Assembly: GCA_965112155.1 (NCBI GenBank)
Contig: OZ218099.1
Direction: 5' to 3' (one strand)
DNA: 64,000 nt
From: Podarcis liolepis
Taxonomy: Eukaryota
Shown: positions 1 through 11,469 of the stretch, one piece after another
How positions within the stretch are numbered: the first letter of the stretch is position 1
Layout: every line of letters starts with the position of its first letter
Notes under the pieces: model-generated
Databases searched by the model: none
What the model was told of the DNA's origin: nothing
What the model saw: only the letters and a program-made list of their open reading frames with translations
Translations under genes and position numbers: made by a program

Positions 1-1864
1 AATGGGAAAAATAATGTTGTATCCAGTGCAGCCATTTTATTCCAGTGTAGATTTTGGTGACATGCAGGGAGAGGAAGGGAAACAAGTTTGGATATTGTCC
101 TTAGTGTAAAGAAATAGTATTTTAATGTTTTGAAGTTGGTTTATTTATTGTTTGTTTGTAAGTCATATTGGAAATAGTTGTGTATTTTAAAGGTGGAATA
201 TAAATGATAAATAATTGTCATTATATTTCCCACTGTGTTTTAAAAAGAAAGAGTGGCTGCTGTGTCACATGTGTTTGAGATGCAGAATATTCACAAATCA
301 CTTAAACATTCAAATTGGCAGATGGTGCAAACAAGACCTCACAATATCATCAGTATAACAATGTTAACATTTTTTTAAAGTATTCCGTTGGTAGTTATTA
401 ATGGTAAACATTATTTCTTCTGCTTCCTTCATTATTTGGGCACTAGTAATGCAGAACTAACCGCTTGCAGCTTAGAGCTTAATCTAAAATGTCCCCGAAG
501 GGTGGAAAAAACAATCATGTTGCATATTGAGTGACCACAGTGTGATATTATCTGATGTGATGGTTTGTTCAGCTGTAAATAGTTTCATTTGCGCTAGTTA
601 TTAGTTCTGCTGTGGAGGGAATTGTATTAAAATGTTGCCTATTGAAAAAATTGTATTTTCATGTTAAGGTCATATGTTCCTTCAGAGAGACTGAGAGATT
701 TTTTCCCCCTATATGTTTTAATCTTAGAGATATTTTAGGTACCTCTTGTAAAGGTGCATCTGAATCCTGTGGACATTTAACTTTTTTCTCTGCATCTTCT
801 TGTCCTCCGTCATGGCCAGAAATGTTCAATGTTTCCCTCGTTGACTCCTTCCTAGCCACTTAGGGGAAACAACACATTTAGAACACATTTTTGGAGAGAA
901 GATTTAAAAAAAGCTTAACAAACCTCTTTAATTAAGTTACCTTACCTTGGAATTTGGACAGGTAGGGCACAATTTCAGACCCTTGTGGAATGGTGGTGCC
1001 TTAATTCTCAGATTAAAAAGAAGTCCATCGGGTTGCTAGGATCCTTTGGAGTACATTTCCTTGTGCTGAAAACTTTAGAGAATACAACTGGGTGAACTGG
1101 GTCTGGAATCAGCCTAGTGTGACTGATTATGGAGCCACACAAAATCAACAGATTTGGGATGAGATGTGATGGAGGATAACATGCCAAGTTCAAGGGGAAT
1201 AAAATCGGGAACTATTTGACATTTTACTTTTACATTATTGCTTTTAAGATGTGATGCACCTAGGATCCCACTTGAGTATAGAGCAGGTTTCAGGCTCATA
1301 TCTGCCCTGCTCTGCCCTTTGTACATGAAAGAAAGCATAGGAGTCGTGCCTGACTGCAGAAACCTGTTCATTTTGCAAAATACATGAAAGATACATGTAC
1401 TGTGTGTTTTCTCAGTTTACTCTTGCATCTCTTCCACTCACTGGGCCTCCTGTCTATTCTGTCAATTTGCACCCGGGTGAAAAACTATTGGTGTGTATTT
1501 GTATTGTGCTGCTCAGATTGCTGTTTGCATATGCTGGAATGGGGACCTTGGAATAATCAAGACAGTCAGTGTAAAAGATCAACGAATAGCCTTCTCAAGG
1601 TGTGTTGTCAAGGTGAAATTTCTGTGCATACTGGGAGGGGAAAATAACATTGCTGTAAAAAAGATATTTAATGGTAAAATGTCTTGATACTTGGGTTACT
1701 TCATAAACGGAATTAAGTTTATGATCCGAAAACAAAATACTCATAGTACCTTAAGAGAAGGTTTATTCTTTGGGGCAGGTGGTGGAGGCATATTGTATTT
1801 CCATTCTGCTTAAACAGATATGAATAGTTTTCTAAAGTAATCCCCCCCTCCTTCTTAATAACAG

Positions 1865-1959
1865 ATGATTCATAATTACATGGAGCACTTGGAAAGAGCC
1901 AAACTTCATCAACTGACTGGGGGTGACCAGCTAGAACCCATCATGCACAGTAGAACTAG
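1865..1959 (+). CDS. SPAG9: SPAG9 exon MIHNYMEHLERAKLHQLTGGDQLEPIMHSRT(R), end of the RH1/LZI region
   Basis: acag|ATGATT...ACTAG|gtaagc; 95 nt, phase 0 to 2. Confidence 0.96.
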
Positions 1960-2089
1960 GTAAGCTTTACTGATCTTTGGCTGAAGATAATCTATTATAT
2001 TTTATCTTAAAGACTTGGTTCTTTGTCTTCAAACATTAGGCTGAATGATGGGGTGGAATTATTCATAATTGCAGTATATGAGGGGTTAT

Positions 2090-2695
2090 CGGAAGGGGCG
2101 GGTTATGTTTTTGCTGTTGGGACACTTCAAGGCCTGGACTGGCTATCTGCTAATATTTTAACTTTAAGCTTGTACACATAGATCTGGTATGACAAGCTGT
2201 CCCTCCTTTTCATTTTCAAAAAAAGCAGCAGCGAAAAGATTAGCAATTAAAGGTTTTGAAATAATTGAATCGCGGTTGTCTGATGTGTACCTTCGGGCAC
2301 ATGTCTGTGAGAGGGCGTCTCTGGCGGAAGCTTTGTGACTACATTATGTAGATGTCGGAGCCTCCCATCCAATGAACTGGAGCTGAGCAGCCGAGGTTTG
2401 AAGTGGTGGGGAGGAGAAAGAGGCGAGCAAGCTTGCTTGTATCTTTAGGCTGCTGCATAGATGCTGGGGAGAAGAGAAGCAGCTCCATGGTGGTTTTTTC
2501 TCCCGGTTAGGTGGGGGAGGAGAGTGAGGTGATGTCATTTTGCTTTGGAGCGGCTGCTGCGGAAGAGAGTGGAAAGCCGCTGCTGATGGCATTGTTTTTG
2601 TGGCAGCAAGTGAATGACAGGCACTCACTACAAAGATACTCCCTTGTCCCCTGCGTAGCCTTGGTTCTTGCAATTCACCATGCCAGCGCAGCGCC
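2090..2695 (+). promoter_or_regulatory. Putative internal promoter and 5' leader of the short JIP4 isoform
   Basis: GC box GGGGCGGG at ~2095, CCAAT at 2369-2373 and local CpG enrichment, directly upstream of a Kozak ATG (GCGCCATGA, 2696). Confidence 0.6.
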
Positions 2696-2856
2696 ATGAG
2701 TCCTGGATGCATGCTGCTATTGGTGTTTGGCTTCGTTGGCGGGGCGGTGGTCATTAATTCAGCTATTTTAGTCTCTCTCTCTGTTTTGCTGCTTGTGCAC
2801 TTTTCTATATCCACTGGCGTGCCAGCTCTGACGCAGAACTTACCAAGGATTCTCAG
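2696..2856 (+). CDS. SPAG9: Alternative first coding exon with a hydrophobic N-terminus, MSPGCMLLLVFGFVGGAVVINSAILVSLSVLLLVHFSISTGVPALTQNLPRIL(R)
   Basis: Kozak ATG and donor CTCAG|gtacc; 161 nt ending in phase 2, which matches the acceptor at 6938. It resembles the N-terminus I recall for the short mammalian JIP4 isoform. Confidence 0.9.
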
Positions 2857-5800
2857 GTACCCTGAACTACGGAGCCTTCTGTCATTTTTGCTGTATTCTT
2901 TGTTCTCTGCTTCCCATTATTTCTCTTCTCTTGGGAGGGGAGGCAGGAAGGAAGGAGAGGGTGGGACGATGCTAATCTCTTAAGTGTCTGTTTCAGGCAG
3001 AATCTAGTCTCGGTGTCTATAGGCTGTGCAAAAATCGTAAAATGCCTGTTTTAAAATGTAAAAATTGGCTTCATTGTGCTTTCTTTGAGACTACAAAGTC
3101 ATTTGTGTTCTTGAAGGCTATTAGCTTTTCTCTTTTTATTGCTGAATCCTGTAAACGGCATAAAAGTGCTATGTGAATACATTGTGGACAAAGCTTGTAT
3201 TCACTGTATTGTCAGGTGCTTGACTAATGCTGGGCAGCCTTGCTTCTGTGGTCGTTTAGGCCTTTCATTTATTTGGTCTGTGCTTTACTCCAGAGAATTC
3301 TGCAGAATCTGCTAGCAGATAGTCTGTGAAACCATTATAATAGCACCTTTGCATCTTTCTGTAAATCGAATGCTGACAAGCTAAGGTGTAGACTGTAGAG
3401 TGAAGAAATAGGGTTTAAATATCTTGAATTATAAGAGCAATGGCAAAACTCTTTTCATAGGAGATTGTAATTTGACCAGTAATATGGCTTTCTGAAAACT
3501 TCTGTTAGGTATTTAAAAGTATGTAATCCAGTACTTTGATGCATCAGGGCAGAATTTGATTGTGCTTAGTAAGCAAAAGTAAAAAATCAAAGTGCAACTT
3601 TTTACAATATAGCAAACACTGTTTCTAACTTTATTATGGCTAATATAATTAGTAGTATCCATACTACCCATTGTGAATAATTTTACCTTTGTTGTTACGT
3701 AAAAAAAATGTTATGTAAAGTGAGCTTCATCCATGTCTTTAAAACAGCATTGTTGACCAAATAGACATTGCTTTACCTCTGATTCTTAGATTCTGCTGGG
3801 GGAGGATTCCCAAATATTTTATGTTACCCCAGAATTGCAGGGGTTGGACTAGGTGACCCTTGTGGTCCCTTCCAGCTCAACAGTTCTGTGATTCTAAGTG
3901 CAGGAAGGAATGATGAGGTGGAACACCACCGAGGGAATGCAAGAATCCGATCTCATTAGAGTTAATTTCACATTAGCAGTAAAAGAAAATGTAAAGTTTT
4001 ATTCACAAGGATCTGTGTGGTTCCCTTGGTGTGTTATCTTCTAGTAAGCTTTTAATACTTCGAATGCATATGTTTAGACATAATGCTAAACCAGGTTTTT
4101 AGAATATGGAGTTTGGAATATCATTCAAACCCTAAAGTGTAGTTAAATATTTTCTGCTCGTACTAGAATTAAACCAACTTCATTAACTGTGGTGTGATGG
4201 TCTTAGAATCGTAGAATTGTTGGTTTGCTTCTGCTAAACATAGCTAAGATTAACCACAATTTGTTCAGATTCAGACAACATGGCAAGCTACAGGTAATTA
4301 AAACGATGCAAAAGTTTCTAGACTCCTCACTGTAGGAGGAGGGGAAAGAAGGAGCTTGCAAACCCAGGGAAAGGTTAGGCTCATTTTTGTAATTCTAAAC
4401 TATGGTTTAGCATTACATCCAAACCAGCCATGTGTGTTGGTGTTTTCAGTATTTTGCCTGTTATTGAATATGGCTTATCTGCAAGTACTTTTTAAAGGTT
4501 TTGTAGTAAATAGAAAATTCAGATCATGTACGTTTGCCTAGAACTATAGAGAATTTGGCTGCAATCCCTCATAGCTGTAATTTTCAGTAGCTGACCGCTA
4601 ACCTTTACTTGGTTTAGTGGATTAACAATGAATGTGTGACTTTGTATTGAATCAATGGTATGTTTTTAGATAATGGCATTTACAGAATAAAAAGAGCTCT
4701 TAATGTTCTTTCATGGCATGGCATGTGTATATAGGAAAATGCTGTGTGGGAGATAGCATTTAAGAAGTCCTTAGTATACAGTACTTGCTTATTTTGAATA
4801 TTTTTATTACAATGTTTTGTTTGTAGAATTCAAATATTTATAAAATAATATTTATACAGTAGTAGAAAACATCAAGAGTAATTAGTTTTGGGAAGTAGTT
4901 TTGTAGCAGGGTACAACAGGCAAGTCTTTCCAAGGTCATTCTGGTTTCTACATTTAGCAGAATCTAAATGTAGATTCTAAATGTGCATCTTGAATCTCTT
5001 CTCTCTTTGACAAACATGAAAATTAATATTAAAAGTAGATGAAAAGTTGACCTCAGAGCTTCCTTTAATTAAAAAAAATTTTTTTTGACATGCACAGTAA
5101 GAAGATCATTGGTTAGCATGTTCAATAATAATTTTTTTAAAAGGTAAAAAATACAATAATAAATTTTTAAAAGGTAAAAAATACATTGCAGAAATTGGCG
5201 TTCTAACACGCCCTGTGTGTAAACGAGTTGACTTCATTTTGAACCCAGAAGGAGAGAGAATTCTCACCTCCTCATTCAGGATTCTCCAGTCGCCTGTTTT
5301 GACCCTAAAATGTAGCGTAGTGAAACTTTATCAAAATAATTTGAAGAAGGCATCAATAACACAGGCTTAAGTGGAGCTTCTTCCCCTCACTCGTATGCTT
5401 TTTACAAATGTAAGAATACTAAATAAGCTACTTGAATGATTTCTAACACTCATAGCAAAAAGTCTGGTCAGTTGTGCCACAATTCCTACAGAATAGTTAC
5501 ATTGACAAGCTTTGCAGTGCAGTGACCTTTACTGCTGTGGTGATTTGATACTTGCTTCAGTAATTCATCCATACATAGTAGAAAAATTAACCCGTCACTC
5601 AGCCAAAACCTTCTTATTATCATTGCCTGCACAGTTACAAAATTAGACAGATTGGCAGACAGTAAAGTCACATAAACAAGAATTTGCCTAATTATCTCTC
5701 CTTTGTTTCTGTTCCAGTAAATTAAAGTTTAAATAAAAGATTCCATTGGCCAGTTAACCAAGATGTGTTTTATCATTTCTTCATTGCCAAGCTTAGTAAT

Positions 5801-6937
5801 GATGCTAAATAGGTATTGCTTCTGCATAGCACCAATTCTGTGTGAGTTTTATAGAGGAGGGTCAACTGCATCATGCTAGGGATAGAGTTCTCCACCGGGG
5901 AGGAATATGAAGAGACCCCTTGTATTATACGACTGGAAGATGTTTGTACTGTCAAAGTAAACTCTTGGATCATATGTACAAACCAGTATTGAAATAAGGA
6001 ACGTTGCCTCAGTTTAGCACTGGGGATTTCCGCTTTTAGAAATTTGTGTCCAAAAAGAGCCCTTAATTGTTCCTGCATTGGTTGAAAGACCATATTTTTC
6101 TTCTTCTTGGATTTCTCTGCCTAACTAGAGACTTTTTAGAAGTTTTAACACTCCCCTAACGAAACAGCATTGGATAGAAACTCACACTCTTGCTGATTGT
6201 ATATGCATGATAGTGTCCATGGCTAATATTTAATCACTTGCTCAGTTACACTTTTGTTTTTCTTCTGGTAGTTTTCTGTCCCCAGTTCATATACAGTCTA
6301 AGCTGAATCTGTTTGAGACCCAGGTATTTTGCATTGTTTTGTTAATCAGACCCGAATGCTTTTATTCTATTATCTTTCAAAATCTGCTGTTTTCAAATCC
6401 AATGTCTAGGTCTTCTACATGCTGCCATACATTTGAAGTATGTCTTTGCCCACATTGTTTTGTGGATGCTTGCAAATTTTAAGCCCCACCTCCACAGCAC
6501 TGGTGTAAGCTAAGGCTTTGTTGTCATAGCTACTGACAGTCAATTTAATTATAGTAAAAATCATTACAAACAGCACCCCTGAGAAACGAGTGGCTGTAAT
6601 CTAATACTTACATGTAGAAACTCGTGAGAGAACAGTTATCTGAAATGTACTTTGAAATTGCTAATTATTCTTAACTCTTTTATTTCTAATCTTCAGTTTC
6701 ATAAAGTATCGAAGTGGCTTACAACATAAAAAATATAATAAAACCACTCCATAAATATCCATACAGCATAATTAAAAAGTCAATAAAACAGATAGCAGTT
6801 GGTTAAAAAGAGAAATTAATATTGTGAAGGCCTGGTTACAGGAACTAAATATCAGCTTTTACTACTTCTCCTGAGATTCGAAGGTCTGTTCAGTGTAAGA
6901 AACGAAAGCAAATAACTTGGTTTTTCCTTCCCAGCAG

Positions 6938-7091
6938 AAAGGAACCTCCCATATCATTGGGCATCTTCCCACTACCTCCAGGAGATGCACTTCTCACACC
7001 TGATAATCACAGAGGAACAGTGGAAACTCCTGGGTCAGATAATTGGAAGTTCCGTGAACTAAGTCAGCCACGTTCCCGCACCAGTTTAAAG
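6938..7091 (+). CDS. SPAG9: SPAG9 exon KEPPISLGIFPLPPGDALLTPD...SQPRSRTSLK (JNK-docking region)
   Basis: ttccttcccagcag|AAAGG...TTAAAG|gtgacc; 154 nt, phase 2 to 0. Confidence 0.95.
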
Positions 7092-8135
7092 GTGACCTAG
7101 TGCTTTTATTTTTCCCATCTGGTGAGGTTTTAATAATATGTTTCCTATGATGCATTGTGCCTGGTTGAAATCTAAGCCCCAAACTATCTTTCTTTAGTTC
7201 CTAATCTTCTTAAAATGAGAGTCTTTCCAGGTGAGTTGAAGGTGAGTCTTTTTTCTATTATATGTTTTGATGAACGGGTCTCAGGTTGCACTGGACTATG
7301 GGGGAAGACCAGGACCTCAATTCTGGTTTTCCAGATACACCACACCCTTTTCACCAGTTTTCTAGATGGGTAGAGTGCCTTTTCTAACTCCTCCATTTCT
7401 TGTCTCTCTGAATTAACTAATATTTCAAGCTACAGTTTTCTTTTAGATGGGTTGGGGTTATGTGTTAGGTTTTTTCAACTACACTATACTGCTCAGATAA
7501 CTGTTGCATAATGTCTGTAACCTTTAGAAGTATTTAAGGTATCCTAGACTGTACAGTATCCACCTAGCAGGCATTTGTTAAGCCCTGAAGTGGTTTACTA
7601 AAATCCACTGAGTACAAGTCGGAAGTCATTTCCATTTAAATTTCTTAAAATTCTTTAGGCAGTTCAATATCGAAATCTTTAATCAGTTGTTACAGCTTGG
7701 GGTTGATTATCCAGCAACCAAAAGGTGATGTTCCTTGATCATTCTTCCATGTCTGTGTACAGCTAGGTGGATTATGTGCAAGTCAAATTGTCTGGTTAAG
7801 GGACATCTTTTGCACTCTTGGGACACTGTGAAACTGTATTCTGAAATGCAGAAACTAAAGTACTGTAAAGTAAACTGAGAAAAACAATGTCTCTGAACTT
7901 GTGCCTGATGCTTATTCTTTCATCATGTGTGCCATTTGACACAGCTCTAAAGCCCCTAGTTGCTCCACAATTTGTGCCAGTACATTCTGTGTCCCCACAT
8001 CTCTCTTAGATCCTATGTATGTAGCCCATAGGAGGCCTTAGGTGAGTTGCATCCATATAGAGTGTCTCCCTGTCCCTTTACAGTTGTAAAGTAGATTGTA
8101 CACATGAGTGTGGAAGGTAAAGAAGGCAAAGAATA

Positions 8136-8394
8136 GGTAAAGGTAAAGGACCCCTGGACGGTTAAGTCCTGTCAATGGTGACTGTGGGGTTGTAGCGCTC
8201 ATCTTGCTTTCAGGCCGAGGGAGCCGGCGTTTGTCCACAGACAGTTTTCAGGGTCATGTGGTTGGCATGACTAAACCATTTCTGGCACTGTGGAACACCA
8301 TGACTGAAACCAAAGCTCATGGAAACGCTTCAAACCACCAACCTTCTGATCAGCAAGCCAAAGAGACTCAGTGGTTTAGACTACAGCGCTACCC
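8136..8394 (-). mobile_element. Sauria SINE, internally deleted
   Basis: (GGTAAA)n tail and Sauria SINE body; 10-bp TSD GCAAAGAATA at 8126-8135 and 8395-8404. Confidence 0.85.
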
Positions 8395-10700
8395 GCAAAG
8401 AATATTGCACATTTAAGGTGGGATAGATAGTTAAAGGAAGTTGTCAAGAATGTATAGGCTATACAATTGGATTACGGAAGGGGACAGTAAAAAGATACAA
8501 CTCTTGTAACCCGCTTTGTAAACCCTTCAGGCTAAATTGCATGCTTGGGGAGACTCTCTCCTAACCGTTTAGCAAAACCATTTCTTGGGAAGAGCAAAAT
8601 TTGCTAAGTTATGTGTCTATTCTACACAATACTCCATTCTGTGTTGTTGGGGTTTTTTTGCCCTGCTCTTTCATGAAAGACATCAGGGTGGTCTTCCTAG
8701 TTCTTGCCCTACCTGTTTTATCCAAACAGTCACCCTGTGAGATTGGTTAGGGTGAAAAATGATAACGGTATTAACACATAATGCCAAGTTATAGTTAATT
8801 CTAACCATGGTTTGTTGAATATACCATGAATCATAGAAACATATAAACTGCAGCTTGTTTCTCCCAAGCTTGATTTGTTTCCCCCTCTGCTCTTGCCTCA
8901 TACCTTTATAGCTGGACATATGCCTGGGGTGGCCAGATAAACCATGGTTAAGCAAGAATGCCAGGTTCAGACATAACACCAAACTGTAATTAAAATGAAC
9001 CACAGTTTGTAAGCAAACAGTAAACCATAGCATCGTATTCTGGCTTGTTGCCAGAAAACAAAAATGGTTAGTCTGCTGGGTCGGGTTCACACTTTGGCTA
9101 AATAGGCAATGGTTTTGCATTATGTGCTCAAGTCCCTTGGCTAGTCCAGTGAGCTTCACTACCAAGTGGGGATTTGAACCCAGGCTTTTCACTATTCTAA
9201 GTTTGATATTCTTGGTGGTAGTCAACTTAAGGTATACTCTGGGTAGACCAACTGATATTAATGAACCTAGCTTAGCCATATTAATTAATATCAATGAGCC
9301 TAAGTAAATCTTGGTTGAATGTCAGCCACTATTTGCTGACATACCCGCTGTTTGCCTAGGACTGTGCCTCCTGCCCCAGATGAATAGAGGAAGGGAAGGG
9401 GAGGGAAGGAGGAGAACGCATGATTTTTGAGGCCAGAATAGATGTCACAACACTTAAAATTGTAATGAGAAAGTAAGGAAAAACAAATTAATACCCGCAG
9501 TCAGTTTTGGATGAAGCATTAGCTAATGTTTGCCCAGACAGTTGGATAATTCAAGTGCAGGAGCAGAAATGCAGCAGTTGCAGTAGATCTGTAGAATTCT
9601 AATTATGAAACTGGGCTAATCTGTTTCTCGGTTAAACTATTCAAACTAAGCTCTGAGGTTTTCCTTGGCCCCCTTCTGTTGGCAGTTGGGCCATTTGTTG
9701 TGAGCGTTTTGTCTGCTAAGGTCAGTGAGTGGTCTGTGTGCTGCATTCTTTCCTGGATGCAGCTGGAATACAGACGTTGGGAAACGTTTAAACAAAAGTC
9801 AAGTTCTTATTCCGCTTGAGTGTGGAGCTCTGTGGATGCACTTGGTTACGACTGCAGTTTCCTCTCCATGAGTGATTAGGCTAAATTATTGAGGAGTGTC
9901 GGAACTGTGTGGCTTTTTTTGGAAGAGTGGGTGAGATCCGAGAAATTGGGAGAGGAGAAGGGCAGTTGTCTTAAATAGTGTACAGTACTTTTAAAATGTT
10001 CTACGAGTTTCTGGCTGGGGCAGGCTGTGAAAGCATGTTACTAGGCTTGACCATTATCATTTAGTATGCCCTGGAATGGGAGGCACAACTTGATGGAGAT
10101 GCTCATCAGTTTCTAGCATGGAGTTATCTGATGTGCAGGAGAGAGTGAGGAACACTGGCTCGGGGCTGAGTGGTTGCAGTCCTAGACCAGAATCTAGTAA
10201 TTTTCTCAGCCAGTTCAGAGTGAGACATTGAAGCAATGTATATATAGTTTATATTTAGAGCTCTCCTTTTATTTTAACATTTTATCACTTGAGTTTGGCC
10301 TTTAATATGGTTTAGATAATTTCCTCGAAATAGGATGGAAAATCAATCCGTGTAACATGCTGCTATCAATTCACTACATTTTCCCCTAGGAGGTAGTATT
10401 TATTAAGGTTTAATGATTAAAGTGGTCTTTATCTCTGCTTCATACTGATGTACTTACTACCAAAATGCACTTACTAGAGAGTAAGCTGAATTTAACATAG
10501 TGGGACTGACTTCTGAGTACACATAAGGTTGTACTGTAAACCCTCAATTTTGTTTCCTCATAAGTAGTTTTGGAATAAATGTTGCCTCCTTCCACAAAGG
10601 CATGAAAGTACAAGCTTCTCCTTGAGTGGGTTTGTTACAGGCTGGACCAGGGAAGATACTTTATGACAAAACTAGAAGGATATAGACCCAAAGATGTTTG

Positions 10701-11074
10701 CGGCCTCGGTCCAGTATACCTGAAGGAGCGTCTCCACCTCCATCGTTCTGCCTGGACACTGAGTTCCAGTGCCGAGGGCCTTCTGGTGAGAAGAAGCCTC
10801 ACTGCGAGAAGCCAGGTTACAGGGAACCAGGCAGAGGGCCTTCTTGGTAGTGGCACCCGCCCTGTGGAACACCCTCCCACCAGATGTCAAAGAAATAAAC
10901 AACTATATGACATTTAGAAGACATCTGAAGGCAGCCCTGTTTAGGGAAGCTTTTAATGTTTGACGCACTATTGTATTTTAATATTTTGTTGGAAGCCGCC
11001 CAGAGTGGCTGGGGAAACCCAGACAGATGGGTAGGGTATAAATAATAAATTATTATTAAATTATTATTATTATT
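10701..11074 (+). mobile_element. 5'-truncated L2-type LINE 3' end
   Basis: Frameshifted ORF2 C-terminal remnant (GLGPVYLKERLH..., TRQRAFLVVAPALWNTLP) followed by the gccgcccagagtggctgggg 3' UTR and a (TTA)n tail. Confidence 0.8.
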
Positions 11075-11132
11075 GCAGTCTCCAAATTGTCAAGCTTAAG
11101 CTAGAAGGATAGTCATATCGTGGCAAAAACAC

Positions 11133-11469
11133 TTTGCTAAAGGGACAGAATTCACATGGCCCAAATCTGGAAGCTGAAAGAAGTGTTAAGAGTGTTAGGA
11201 TCGAGGAAGCGAGCCAAGAGGGAGCTCTCCGACTTGCGCCTCATTTTAAATGGGGCCCAGCCATGCCTCCCCAGCCAGCGGATTGGCTGGCTGGCGAATG
11301 ACGTGGCCAGGAACCTCCAAGTGACACTGGACTTTGTCCCCCGCCCCCTTAGGGGAGTGGGCGGCCATGTGGTCCACTGCAACTCCTCCCCACTGGGAAG
11401 TGGAGCGGATTTGCTAAAGGGATGGAATTCACATGGCCCAAATCTGGAAGCTGAAAGTAGTGTTAAGAG
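11133..11469. repeat. 60-bp direct repeats (11133-11192, 11410-11469) flanking a 217-bp GC-rich insert
   Basis: The two copies of tttgctaaaggga..gaattcacatggcccaaatctggaagctgaaag.agtgttaagag are 57/60 identical. Confidence 0.9.

Noticed and set aside
2344-2814. 156-aa antisense ORF over the alternative first exon
   Set aside because: It mirrors a GC-rich leader and the sense coding exon, with no recognisable domain or independent splice signals
5124-5185. Short tandem duplications (~30 bp here, ~31 bp at ~25690, 22 bp at ~39638) and the 60-bp repeats as a possible CRISPR-like array
   Set aside because: Each has only two copies with no spacer series, in a eukaryotic intron; ordinary slippage or repair duplications
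5486-6093. Minus-strand ORFs with faint LINE RT-like words (ASLLSLAMKK..VNWP)
   Set aside because: At best a very decayed LINE; too degenerate to annotate by eye
8683-9294. 203-aa minus-strand ORF
   Set aside because: It runs through aaaccatggtt-type foldback repeats and a MIR-like fragment, and shows no protein homology
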